Shown: positions 16,108 to 25,129 of the stretch, piece by piece
How the letters are laid out: the number at the start of each line of letters is the position of its first letter
Numbering within the stretch: position 1 is the stretch's first letter
Source: a virus
Lineage: Duplodnaviria; Caudoviricetes
Strand: one strand, 5' to 3'
IMG/VR virus record: IMGVR_UViG_3300005323_000071
Location: 1-37,721 of that record
DNA: 37,721 nt
Translations under genes and position numbers: made by a program
The notes under the pieces: generated by a model
Seen by the model: the letters and a program-made list of their open reading frames with translations, nothing else
Database searches by the model: none
What the model was told of the DNA's origin: nothing

Positions 16108-16673
16108 TGTTCAGCGCCCCACACTCTGCAACATTGCGGGGAAAGCGCCAGAACTTCACTCTCGCTTACGATGCCGGTACTGCCGTATTCCACGCGGGCG
16201 CAACGCTCACGGGCGCAACCAGCCACGCAACCGCCGTAATCGTGAGCACTGGTAGTATAGCATCCGGCAGTTTACAGATACATTCCATCACCGGCACATT
16301 CCTGAACGATGAGGTTATATCTGATAACGGCACGGTGCCCGGGGCAGCGGTTGTTAACGGTGTTATCGCAGAGGCGTTCGACACCAACGAGCAACTAGTA
16401 TTCACCGATATCGACACCACGATCGCGTGTCGGTTCTACAGCCAGAAGGATGCCGTGCAGCAATCCGGGCAGACGCTCTACATTGTCACCACTCAGCGGG
16501 TAATGATACCGGCAACGTCCACTCCTGCGAACGGTGATCAGATCATCACCACGGCATCCGGATATGCGGCTACTGTTGACAATCCGTATAGGATCAGCAA
16601 CGTTGAACCAGCTCCAAGCATGGGCGGGAGCCCGCATCACTGGACCTGCGATCTTGCAAAGGCAGGTGTCTGA
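16107..16673 (+). CDS. Head closure protein with inserted beta domain
   Basis: H.ATL start, IACRF, GDQI, YRISNV, HHWTCDL end; ~75-aa Gly/Thr/Ala-rich insertion. Confidence 0.7.
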   Translation: MFSAPHSATLRGKRQNFTLAYDAGTAVFHAGATLTGATSHATAVIVSTGSIASGSLQIHSITGTFLNDEVISDNGTVPGAAVVNGVIAEAFDTNEQLVFTDIDTTIACRFYSQKDAVQQSGQTLYIVTTQRVMIPATSTPANGDQIITTASGYAATVDNPYRISNVEPAPSMGGSPHHWTCDLAKAGV

Positions 16674-16978
16674 TGGACAGCACAGGGAGGTATGAACTCA
16701 CACGCGATGATATTGAGAAAATCGCGCTCTCTATGCAGGGAGTTGCAGATCTGAAGAGCGATGTGGCCGAAATTAAACGACTACTCATCGATGACAAACG
16801 TAATTGCAGCGATTGCAAAAAGGAGATCTTTGTTGAGATCAACGACATCAAAACCAAGCATGCAGAGGAGCGGGGTGCATCCATCGCCCGGACGAACATC
16901 GGGGTACTGGCATCCTCATCAATGGGTGTAATTGCGATTGCTTTCTCGATCTGGAACTCTCTTAAGGGAGGTAGTTGA
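16673..16978 (+). CDS. Coiled-coil protein with C-terminal membrane segment (holin-like candidate)
   Basis: Heptad region then hydrophobic GVLASSSMGVIAIAFSIW. Confidence 0.65.
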   Translation: MDSTGRYELTRDDIEKIALSMQGVADLKSDVAEIKRLLIDDKRNCSDCKKEIFVEINDIKTKHAEERGASIARTNIGVLASSSMGVIAIAFSIWNSLKGGS

Positions 16979-17493
16979 TGGGTCTTGAGGGGCTGGATCA
17001 GGTAATCACCAACATTGCCAACAAGGTTGTTGAGGTTAAGCGCCGGGGCCAACCCGGGCTAAAACTCGCAGGGCAGGCGATGGCGAACGACATCAAAGCC
17101 ATTGCACCGTACAAGACCGGCACCTACCGGCGTTCAATCCACGTCGAAGAGTCGGACAACTTAGGAAAGCCCGTTGTCTATGTTGGTACTGATCTCCCCT
17201 ATGGCCGCCGCCTTGAGTACGGATTCAACAACATGACCGATTCGTTGGGCCGGACCTATCACCAGCTCCCGCAGCCGCATTTCAGACCGGTGATCGACAC
17301 CTTGATGGGGAAGTACATGGCGATCATTGCCGGGGAACTCAGCCAGTGGGAATCTGCTGCTGATATTGCCGGACGCATGGGTATGATCTGGTCTGCTGAA
17401 AGTGCATCGTCTATCTCGTCATCGACAAGTTCACGGGCGCGATTATCTGCCATTGGTGGAACGATGCGGGGCGATTTTGGGGGATATGAATGA
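16978..17493 (+). CDS. Neck/tail completion protein (HK97 gp10-like)
   Basis: GLEGLDQV, APYKTGTYRRSI, VGTDLPYGRRLEYG, PQPHFRP. Confidence 0.88.
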   Translation: MGLEGLDQVITNIANKVVEVKRRGQPGLKLAGQAMANDIKAIAPYKTGTYRRSIHVEESDNLGKPVVYVGTDLPYGRRLEYGFNNMTDSLGRTYHQLPQPHFRPVIDTLMGKYMAIIAGELSQWESAADIAGRMGMIWSAESASSISSSTSSRARLSAIGGTMRGDFGGYE

Positions 17494-17939
17494 AAGACGT
17501 GCTGCAAGGTGTGATCCGGAGAATCAAGGCGGATGCTGCCATCACCGCAAAGGTGAGCGCCCGCGTGTACCGCACCATCCCAATTACCCCTCAGCACCCG
17601 TTTATCGCGTGCGCCCGGATCGATGCCCCTCCATCCCCAGGTGAATCCAGTGAGACCGGATCGTGGGGAACTGCCCGCATCCAGTGCACAACGTTCACCA
17701 TTCCGACATCTCCGGGTGATGCCGATTCCTTTGAACTCAGTGAAATCATCGCAAACTGTCTTTCAACGCAACGTGACGGAGGGATCCAAAACGATTACCT
17801 TGATCCGGGATCCCCAAAGGATCTGATCTTCGTATCGGAAATTGAGGATTTGGGGCCTATCCCCGATAACAGCGATGCAGGAACCACCGGAGAATACCGG
17901 GATAATCGGGACTTCATCGTACACTATCAAGTGGAGTGA
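17490..17939 (+). CDS. Tail terminator (SPP1 gp17/DUF3168-like)
   Basis: IKADAAITAKVSARVY...PFI...RIQC pattern; precedes tail tube. Confidence 0.8.
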   Translation: MKDVLQGVIRRIKADAAITAKVSARVYRTIPITPQHPFIACARIDAPPSPGESSETGSWGTARIQCTTFTIPTSPGDADSFELSEIIANCLSTQRDGGIQNDYLDPGSPKDLIFVSEIEDLGPIPDNSDAGTTGEYRDNRDFIVHYQVE

Positions 17940-17947
17940 TTGAAACC

Positions 17948-18694
17948 ATGAGCATGAAAGCACAACTGGCAAAGGGCTTAAGGCTGCTTTGCAATGGAGC
18001 GGTGGCGTCTGAAAACACGGCGCTTACCGCACCAGCGGAGACCACCGCACCAGTAACAGCAACCGATCAGGAAGATGATATCGTCGTATCGATGCCCGGT
18101 GAAGCGAGCGTCGGGGATGTGACCTTATCTGTGAATTTCATCAACGACACGCAGCAACAGGCGTTCAAGACGATGAAACGGGATAAGACAACTGGCCTGT
18201 TCCAGATCGTTTGGCCGTCAACGTTCAAGCCGACCCCGTTCTTCACACAGGAGTTTACCGGGTGGATCAAATCGATTACCCCGGCCACCCCTATGAACGG
18301 TCTGGCAACGTGGGCCGTTGTTATTACGCCCGTTGATCTCCCGACCGAACCTTCAGGAGCATTCACCGCACTCACCACGCCGTTTATCTCGGTCGCTGAT
18401 GAAGACGGGCACGCGATCGCGCTTACGCCAACGGCGGCAGCAGACAAGTACACCTATACCGGTACTGCATTCACTACCAGCGTCTCGGTCCTTGTAACTC
18501 CGACGAGCACCGCAGCCGGCACGATCTACGTGAACGGGACTGTTGTTGCATCCGGTGCGGCATCCGGTGCAATTACCCTGGACGCGAACCGTGGCGACAT
18601 CACCACGATCTTTGTGGTGCTGGAAAAGGCGAACTGCAAGACCTGCGTTATCCGGATCAGGATTAAGATGGGTATCGCTGCATACGTGGCGTGA
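17948..18694 (+). CDS. Major tail tube protein with C-terminal cadherin-like beta sandwich
   Basis: MPGEASVGDVTLSVNF, FQIVWP, FTGWI tube motifs; LTP.....YTY...SVLVTPT...IYVNG..VASG.ASGAITL domain. Confidence 0.85.
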   Translation: MSMKAQLAKGLRLLCNGAVASENTALTAPAETTAPVTATDQEDDIVVSMPGEASVGDVTLSVNFINDTQQQAFKTMKRDKTTGLFQIVWPSTFKPTPFFTQEFTGWIKSITPATPMNGLATWAVVITPVDLPTEPSGAFTALTTPFISVADEDGHAIALTPTAAADKYTYTGTAFTTSVSVLVTPTSTAAGTIYVNGTVVASGAASGAITLDANRGDITTIFVVLEKANCKTCVIRIRIKMGIAAYVA

Positions 18695-19191
18695 GGTGTT
18701 CCGTGGTGCTTTCCAGCGTCCCGATCACTCTTGGAGAGGAGACCTACGATCTCCTTTTTACTGACCGCGATATGTACGATATCGAAGTGGCGTTCCAGCG
18801 CGACGGGATCCCTCCGTTCGTCGAACTAATGAAGGTGCCCCCGGGCCAATCACTGTCACGACTGAACGTCTTAACGACGGTCATGATGTACGGGCTCAAG
18901 GTCCCGGGGAAGTTCGGACCCAACGGAGAACCGATTCGGGCGATCCCATCGACGCGGGCCGGACAAGATCGGGTGATATCGATCATCCGTGCAGAACTGA
19001 AAGACAAACCGCTTGAATACGTCTCGGTCGTTCTGGTGTATCCGGTGGTTAAAGCACTCGCAGCCGGGGATTGGTATAACATCGCCCAGACGCTGAAACT
19101 CGCAGAGGAAAAGGCCCATGCTTCCGTGCCTGAGGGGGATAGCGCCCCAAAAAACTCGGAAGCCGATGGCTCGAATACATTGAGCCAGTAG
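18691..19191 (+). CDS. Tail assembly chaperone (gpG-like)
   Basis: ITLGEETYDLLFT; lies between tube and TMP; ends with a PKN slippery site. Confidence 0.8.
   Translation: MRCSVVLSSVPITLGEETYDLLFTDRDMYDIEVAFQRDGIPPFVELMKVPPGQSLSRLNVLTTVMMYGLKVPGKFGPNGEPIRAIPSTRAGQDRVISIIRAELKDKPLEYVSVVLVYPVVKALAAGDWYNIAQTLKLAEEKAHASVPEGDSAPKNSEADGSNTLSQ
19146..19155 (+). other. -1 programmed frameshift site (C CCA AAA AAC)
   Basis: Two overlapping in-frame X XXY YYZ heptamers; the -1 frame is open to 19544. Confidence 0.8.
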
Positions 19192-19544
19192 CGTACGGAC
19201 TATGTGCACTCTCCCCTATCGCATTGCAATTCATGACGCCCCGGGATGTTCTGGCGGTGGTTGCTGCGAAGCGGGAAGAACAACGCGAGGACCGGCGATA
19301 CTCAGATATGTTGCAAGCCCGACAGACGGCGAATATCGGAAATTTATTATACGGCACGAAGGACGATCCATTCCCGGTGAAGCCGGATCAGTGCACGGCG
19401 TTCAACTGGGATCAAGTCCCGGATCAACCGGTGGCGGAGTCGGACGATGACGATGAGATTGATCAGGAGTTACTGATGCAGCAAAGCCTGATAATGCGGG
19501 GAATGATCCGGCGCGGCAAAGGAGGGAATGATGGGAGTAACTGA
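19156..19544 (+). CDS. Frameshift extension of the tail chaperone (gpGT-like)
   Basis: The -1 frame reads ...RWLEYIEPVAYGLCALSPIALQFMTPRDV..., the typical T-segment pattern, and has no good independent start. Confidence 0.75.
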
Positions 19545-20829
19545 TCAAGTCGTTGGTAATCTCTGGGTGGTTCTGAATCTTGAAACCGGTGGGCTGGATT
19601 CAGGTGTCACAAAGGCACAGGCTACGCTCAAATCGTTCGGGGTTGAAGTTGACAAAGATACCCTGAGCATGATTAAGATGGGGGCACAGATGGCCGCAAC
19701 AGCCGGAGCTGCTGCCCTTGTCATTAATGAGATGAACAAAGCAGCGCAGGCAGCGGCCCGTTACGGGGATGAGTTGCACGATCTTTCCCTCACAACGCTC
19801 ATGTCTGAAAAGTCACTTCAGCGGCTCCAATATGCCACAAATGCGACCGGCGGAGATTTCAGATCGCTCGCTGGGTCGATCACATTTTTGGGTAAAAATC
19901 TTGAGAATGCAAAGGATCCAACCTCAACCCAAGCCGAAGCACTTAAACGGCTCGGAATAAACGCGGTTGGTGCTCATGGAAGCATCCAGGATATGGATAC
20001 GCTGCTCCCAAAAATCATTGATAAATTGCATAATATGAGGGATAGTACCGAGAGGGCTCACCTTATGATGCAGCTCTTCGGGAGGAATACCGGCGAGGTT
20101 GCAAAACTGGTAGAACTCGGATCGGCGGGTGTTGCAGCATACGGGGACGAGGCGGAACGGTTGGGGCTGCTCCTATCTCCGGAACAACTCGCACAGCAAC
20201 AGGCATTTAACGATTCGTGGGCACAGATGAACACGCAGATCAATATGTTGTATCTCCAACTCGGAACGAGCCTGATCCCAGTTATGCAACAGGTAACATC
20301 GGTTTTTGAGGAGTGGTTGCCGGCAATATCGGCAGCAGCAGCAGCAATCGGCGATTTGATCAATCTTGCAGTAGCGGCACAAGCATATATGAGCTTACTT
20401 AGAGTTGACACCTACACCGAAGCACTCACTACCGGATCGATTGAACCGATCACCAGTGCAGCGGAAGCAGGGGAGGCCGCGATGTCCCGTGTCGGATCGA
20501 GTAAGAGTTCCATCGCATCGTCTGTAAAATCCACGCTTTCTCCAAGCAAACAATTGTATTATTCCCGTCACCCAGACAAAGCATCAGCCGCCGGGATCCC
20601 GGGATATGCAGAGGGAGGTCTGATCACAAAACCAACGCTCGCCACATTCGCAGAGAACGAGCCAGAATATGCGATCCCAATGTCAAAGATGGGGAGCATT
20701 GGCAGAAAAACGATCATCATCAATCAGAACAACCAGATCAAAACAGGTCTCAATGCCTCTGAGACACGAGCGATTTTAAAGGCAAATGACCGTCACCTAG
20801 CCAACAAATTCAATATGATGGGGGCCTGA
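19528..20829 (+). CDS. Tape measure protein (short, 433 aa)
   Basis: VGNLWVVLNL start, Ala-rich helices, QLFGR, C-terminal IPGYAEGGLITKPTLA..AENEPEYAIP. Confidence 0.9.
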   Translation: MMGVTDQVVGNLWVVLNLETGGLDSGVTKAQATLKSFGVEVDKDTLSMIKMGAQMAATAGAAALVINEMNKAAQAAARYGDELHDLSLTTLMSEKSLQRLQYATNATGGDFRSLAGSITFLGKNLENAKDPTSTQAEALKRLGINAVGAHGSIQDMDTLLPKIIDKLHNMRDSTERAHLMMQLFGRNTGEVAKLVELGSAGVAAYGDEAERLGLLLSPEQLAQQQAFNDSWAQMNTQINMLYLQLGTSLIPVMQQVTSVFEEWLPAISAAAAAIGDLINLAVAAQAYMSLLRVDTYTEALTTGSIEPITSAAEAGEAAMSRVGSSKSSIASSVKSTLSPSKQLYYSRHPDKASAAGIPGYAEGGLITKPTLATFAENEPEYAIPMSKMGSIGRKTIIINQNNQIKTGLNASETRAILKANDRHLANKFNMMGA

Positions 20830-20831
20830 CC

Positions 20832-21713
20832 GTGGACGTAAAATTTACTTCAAGCCGGGGGATTGTCTGGGACGATTCGCTGTATGTCAGGGCACAGGCA
20901 TACCGGACCAAGAACACCACGTTTGGCAAAGCACCCTCACGCCCGCTTTCAGTGACAGCTGCCGGGGCGGATGGGGATAACTATTACGGGGGAACCATTG
21001 GCCCGCGTGAAGATATGCTCATTGAATACGTCCTGCGGGGTGCGACAAGATCCGATGTGGACGATTTTGTTGAAACGCTCAAGTCTGCATTCAATCCGTA
21101 TGATGGAGTTGGTACGCTCCTCGTGACGCTGGATAACGGCAATGTGCGGGCAATCCCCTGCACTATCACCGATGAACCGGAAGCCCTTACGGGTGAGGGG
21201 CGCGGAGTCACCCATCAGGTGGTGCAAATCCCTCTTAAGGCGTGGGAACCGTTCTGGCTTGATCCGGCGCTCAAAACATATTCGCTGGCATCGTTCACCG
21301 GAGGTATGACGCTCCCGATCATTTGCCCTATGGATTTTGGGACGACAAACCCGTCTATTACTGTCGTCAACAATGGCAACGTCCCGTCCCCGTGCGTGGT
21401 CACATTTACAGGAGCGATCACCAATCCTCGCGTCGATATCTACAACGCGAAATACCCCTCTGGCGCTTACCTTAAGATGCTTCTGGATCTCGGTGCTGGA
21501 GAATACGTCAGGATTGATACTGCTCAAGGGTATCACACGGTGCGGCACATCGCAGGGACCACGGACACCAACGCATACCAGTACTGGGATCCAGCGGGAG
21601 AGTTTTTCATGATCGCGCCGGGCAGCAACACGATATCGCTCACTCAATCGACAACGATCGGGGCAACCGCTGCATGTTCTGTCGAATTTTGGGAACGGCA
21701 CATAGGGGTGTAA
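20832..21713 (+). CDS. Distal tail protein (Dit)
   Basis: GADG..Y, FNPYDGVGTL, AWEPFW, NNGNVPSP, FFMIAPGSNTI. Confidence 0.88.
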   Translation: MDVKFTSSRGIVWDDSLYVRAQAYRTKNTTFGKAPSRPLSVTAAGADGDNYYGGTIGPREDMLIEYVLRGATRSDVDDFVETLKSAFNPYDGVGTLLVTLDNGNVRAIPCTITDEPEALTGEGRGVTHQVVQIPLKAWEPFWLDPALKTYSLASFTGGMTLPIICPMDFGTTNPSITVVNNGNVPSPCVVTFTGAITNPRVDIYNAKYPSGAYLKMLLDLGAGEYVRIDTAQGYHTVRHIAGTTDTNAYQYWDPAGEFFMIAPGSNTISLTQSTTIGATAACSVEFWERHIGV

Positions 21714-21714
21714 T

Positions 21715-22992
21715 ATGGAGTTTGACGGGCAGGCATTCGGGCAGGTGGCGTTTGATCGGTCAGAGGATACCGTAGCCGATCCTCTTTACCTCCCTTATTT
21801 CGTTCCGCCGCCGGTTGAATATTATCCACTTAGGGTCTTTGATTCCTCCCTTGAACCAGTATGTGAGGTCACTGATTACGTATCGGGTCAATGGATAAGG
21901 CGATGGAGAACTGCCGGGGAATTCTCCTTTGACATTCCGATGGATTCCTCCAGTATGGACAACATCGATGAAAACACATGGATATCGCTATTCCGGGGGG
22001 GTGTTGCCAGGATCGGGCGGGTTCAGCGGATGAGCATCGATATCTCAACCGGTGCCGATGAGGAGCCGCTGTGGACCATTGCCGGCAACGATGCAAAGGG
22101 ATTACTGATGGACAATCAGGTATTGGCCGGCATCTCAGCGGGAACCGGGTACGACACGGTAACGGCAACACCTGCGGAAACGGCCTGCCGTCACTACATT
22201 GATGTGAACTGCATCACCCCCCTGAATCCAGCGGGCACGAGCGATACAGCACGGAAGATCTCAATCCTTGAACTGGAAGCCGATGGAGCCCTTGGGGGGA
22301 ATGTCACCTATTCGGCACGGCTTGAAGCGAACGTTCACGACCTCATAGAGACGTTGCTGCTCGCATCCCCCAATTCTCTTGGGTATGAAATGTTGTTCAT
22401 CCGCGATCTGGACACTCCCGCGGATAGCAGGATCCGGCCACATTTCAAAGTCGGGGTTGACCGTTCTGCAACGATCGGATTCTCAAACGGATCGGGCAAC
22501 ATTTCAGATATGCAGTATTCGTACGACGATACGAGTTTTAGAAACGTTGCGTACGTTGGCGATAGTGGGGAGGATGCGGCCCGGACATTCACCAAAGTTT
22601 TTACAGGGACTGAGCCGGTATGGCCCAACCGAAGAGAAACGTACGTTGACGGCAACGATTGCACCGACGCAACCGAACTTATCCAAGCGGGTACCGTGGA
22701 GCTGGCAAATCTCTCAAGCGATGAAACCGCAGAGTTCGGCACCGTCAGAAACAATATGTTCGGGTATATGACCAAGAACGCTGCCGGAGCGTGGGATCTC
22801 GGCGATAAAGTCACGGTGATCTATTCCGGCGTGATCTCGGCAGTCGCCCCAATTATCGAAGTGCAGGAGAATTACGGTGTTGAGGGTATTGGGGAAAGTA
22901 TCGTCCCGGTCATCGGCGGGAAAAGCACAGGGGATACGGCAAAGATTATGCGGCAGATTGCAAAACGGGCAAGTATCAGGAGCAGAGTATGA
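21715..22992 (+). CDS. Baseplate hub / Tal-like protein
   Basis: W.RRW.TAGEFSF, NVAYVG, RRETYVD, WDLGDKVTV; follows Dit. Confidence 0.85.
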   Translation: MEFDGQAFGQVAFDRSEDTVADPLYLPYFVPPPVEYYPLRVFDSSLEPVCEVTDYVSGQWIRRWRTAGEFSFDIPMDSSSMDNIDENTWISLFRGGVARIGRVQRMSIDISTGADEEPLWTIAGNDAKGLLMDNQVLAGISAGTGYDTVTATPAETACRHYIDVNCITPLNPAGTSDTARKISILELEADGALGGNVTYSARLEANVHDLIETLLLASPNSLGYEMLFIRDLDTPADSRIRPHFKVGVDRSATIGFSNGSGNISDMQYSYDDTSFRNVAYVGDSGEDAARTFTKVFTGTEPVWPNRRETYVDGNDCTDATELIQAGTVELANLSSDETAEFGTVRNNMFGYMTKNAAGAWDLGDKVTVIYSGVISAVAPIIEVQENYGVEGIGESIVPVIGGKSTGDTAKIMRQIAKRASIRSRV

Positions 22993-24047
22993 CGGCAACA
23001 GACGAATTTTATTCGGGGACAGCAACCGATCCGAGGACGTATCACGGGTCCGATTGGGCACGATGGTTCAGATCGCAGTTCACAAGCGGAATAGTGTACG
23101 GCAACCCGATTGGAACATGCGCAGCATCTCAATACGGCACAGGAGATATGAAGGTGAACGTTGCGCCCGGCTCCGTTTGGGCGTATGGGTACAATGCCCT
23201 GATCGATGCCGTAGAGGTTGCCACAATTACGGCGAACACATCGGGGAATCCCCGCATTGATCGCGTGGTGGCCCGGAACACGATTGCATCTGGCATCACG
23301 ATCCATGTAATCCCCGGAACCCCGGCAGCGTCTCCAGTTGCCCCGGACCTCGTTACCGATGGTGTCACTTATTACGATGTGCCGCTTGCATGGATTGAGG
23401 TTGCAAATGGTGCCACAAAAATCTATACTGACGATATCCACGATGAGCGGATCTATTCAACCCTGAAAAATATTGATTTTGCTTCTATCCTGATCGACGG
23501 GAACTTGGATGCCGGCGGGAATAAGATCACTGAGTTAGGCGACGGGGTCGGGGTGCATGACCTTATCAATAAGGGGCAATGCGACGCGGGCGCAACCTTC
23601 GCAGATGTTCCGCAGGGATCGGTCGTTGTATTCGGCACGACAACAGTACCTGCGGGATTCCTGCTTTGCAACGGAGCATCATACCTACGGACGGATTACC
23701 CGGCACTGTTCTCAGCTATCGGTGTTCTGCACGGGTCTGCCGATTCAACACATTTTAACGTGCCAAATATGACTGGCAGGATCCCAGTGGGGCACGATCC
23801 GCTCGATGCTGATTTTGCAACAGTAGGTTTAACCGGGGGGGCTACAACCGTAACTGTAACGGAGGCAAATTTACCTCCGCACGTGCACACTGGGATAAAG
23901 ACGGCGACAAATCAGGTCACTAGAGGGGGAAGCAAAACTTCGATTACTGCCGGCCCAGTATCGGGCACGACCGGATCAACCGGCGGAGGGGGAGCTCACG
24001 CAAACATGGGGCCTGCAATAACGATGGCATATGGGATTAAGGTGTAA
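22989..24047 (+). CDS. Tail fibre/baseplate protein 1 (baseplate-attachment N-domain + tail collar domain)
   Basis: PRIDRVVAR; VPAGFLLCNGASY.R.DYPALF.AIG...FNVPN; PPHVH; HANMGP. Confidence 0.85.
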   Translation: MTATDEFYSGTATDPRTYHGSDWARWFRSQFTSGIVYGNPIGTCAASQYGTGDMKVNVAPGSVWAYGYNALIDAVEVATITANTSGNPRIDRVVARNTIASGITIHVIPGTPAASPVAPDLVTDGVTYYDVPLAWIEVANGATKIYTDDIHDERIYSTLKNIDFASILIDGNLDAGGNKITELGDGVGVHDLINKGQCDAGATFADVPQGSVVVFGTTTVPAGFLLCNGASYLRTDYPALFSAIGVLHGSADSTHFNVPNMTGRIPVGHDPLDADFATVGLTGGATTVTVTEANLPPHVHTGIKTATNQVTRGGSKTSITAGPVSGTTGSTGGGGAHANMGPAITMAYGIKV

Positions 24048-24049
24048 TC

Positions 24050-25129
24050 ATGGCGGGTGAAAGCGGATTTTTTGGGAATGCAACCGATATAAGATATTAC
24101 ACTCAAATTGCAATGCACCGGTTTGTGATGGACTATCGTCGCAATGGGTATGTGAGCGGAGTTGGATCGGAGCTGGCAGTTATCCAGCACAGCACCGGAG
24201 ATATGAGCGTCGATATCGGATCCGGGGAGTGCTGGATCCAGGGATGCCACCACGCTGATGGCGTCGCGATTAATCTGGAAATTGCTGCAGCTCACGCAAC
24301 ACTCGGACGCATCGATCGCGTAGTGATGCGAAATACCATCGTTGGGACACGAAAGATCGAGCCGGTGGTAATAACAGGCACTGCTGCAAGTTCTCCGGTC
24401 GCGCCTGATTATACACGAAATACGGAGGTTCACGATCTCCTCATTGCAGACATTACTGTTGGTGCCGGAGTTACGCAGATCCTCACGGCCAACATTACAG
24501 ATCAGAGGGCAAATACAACGTACTGCGGGGTTGCGGCCCCGCTGTATTCCCGGATGTCTGATATGTGCCCGGTTGATGCCCCTGACATGAACTCCTACAG
24601 GATCACCGGATCGGCGGATCCTACTTCAGGAACTGATGGGGTGACAGTTGCGCACCGGACGAGCGTTGCCTATAACGTCCCTACCGGAGTACCGATCTGG
24701 TACGCAGGTGCAGCAGTTCCCGATGGGTATCTGGAATGTAACGGTCAATCAGTACTTAGGGCCACATACCCCTATCTTTTTGCTGCGATTGGCGTGACAT
24801 TTGGATCTATCGATTCCTTGCATTTTACCCTACCCGATGGACGCGGCAGAACCATCATAGGGTATGATTCCACACAAACCGAATTTAACGCGATCGGTGA
24901 GACGGGCGGGGAGAAAACACACGCACTTGTAGAAGCCGAAATCCCAGAGCACCTTCACGACGGGGTTATTTCGGCAGCGTCTTTAGTTACATCCAGTATG
25001 CAGTACGAGCCGTATGTGGACTTACCTGTTGCAATTACCGACGCCTCAACCGGATCGGCCGGATCCGGAACTGGGCATAACAACCTCCAGCCGTTTTTGG
25101 TGCTTAAACTTATAGTGCGAGGTGCATAA
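24050..25129 (+). CDS. Tail fibre/baseplate protein 2 (paralog)
   Basis: GRIDRVVMR; VPDGYLECNGQ...YPYLFAAIG...FTLPD.RGR; PEHLH; HNNLQP. Confidence 0.85.
   Translation: MAGESGFFGNATDIRYYTQIAMHRFVMDYRRNGYVSGVGSELAVIQHSTGDMSVDIGSGECWIQGCHHADGVAINLEIAAAHATLGRIDRVVMRNTIVGTRKIEPVVITGTAASSPVAPDYTRNTEVHDLLIADITVGAGVTQILTANITDQRANTTYCGVAAPLYSRMSDMCPVDAPDMNSYRITGSADPTSGTDGVTVAHRTSVAYNVPTGVPIWYAGAAVPDGYLECNGQSVLRATYPYLFAAIGVTFGSIDSLHFTLPDGRGRTIIGYDSTQTEFNAIGETGGEKTHALVEAEIPEHLHDGVISAASLVTSSMQYEPYVDLPVAITDASTGSAGSGTGHNNLQPFLVLKLIVRGA

Noticed and set aside
20949-21701. Long minus-strand ORFs (e.g. 20949..21701, 2383..2925, 22872..23441, 9829..10314)
   Set aside because: They are antisense shadows of well-supported plus-strand genes, with no RBS/promoter context or motifs.
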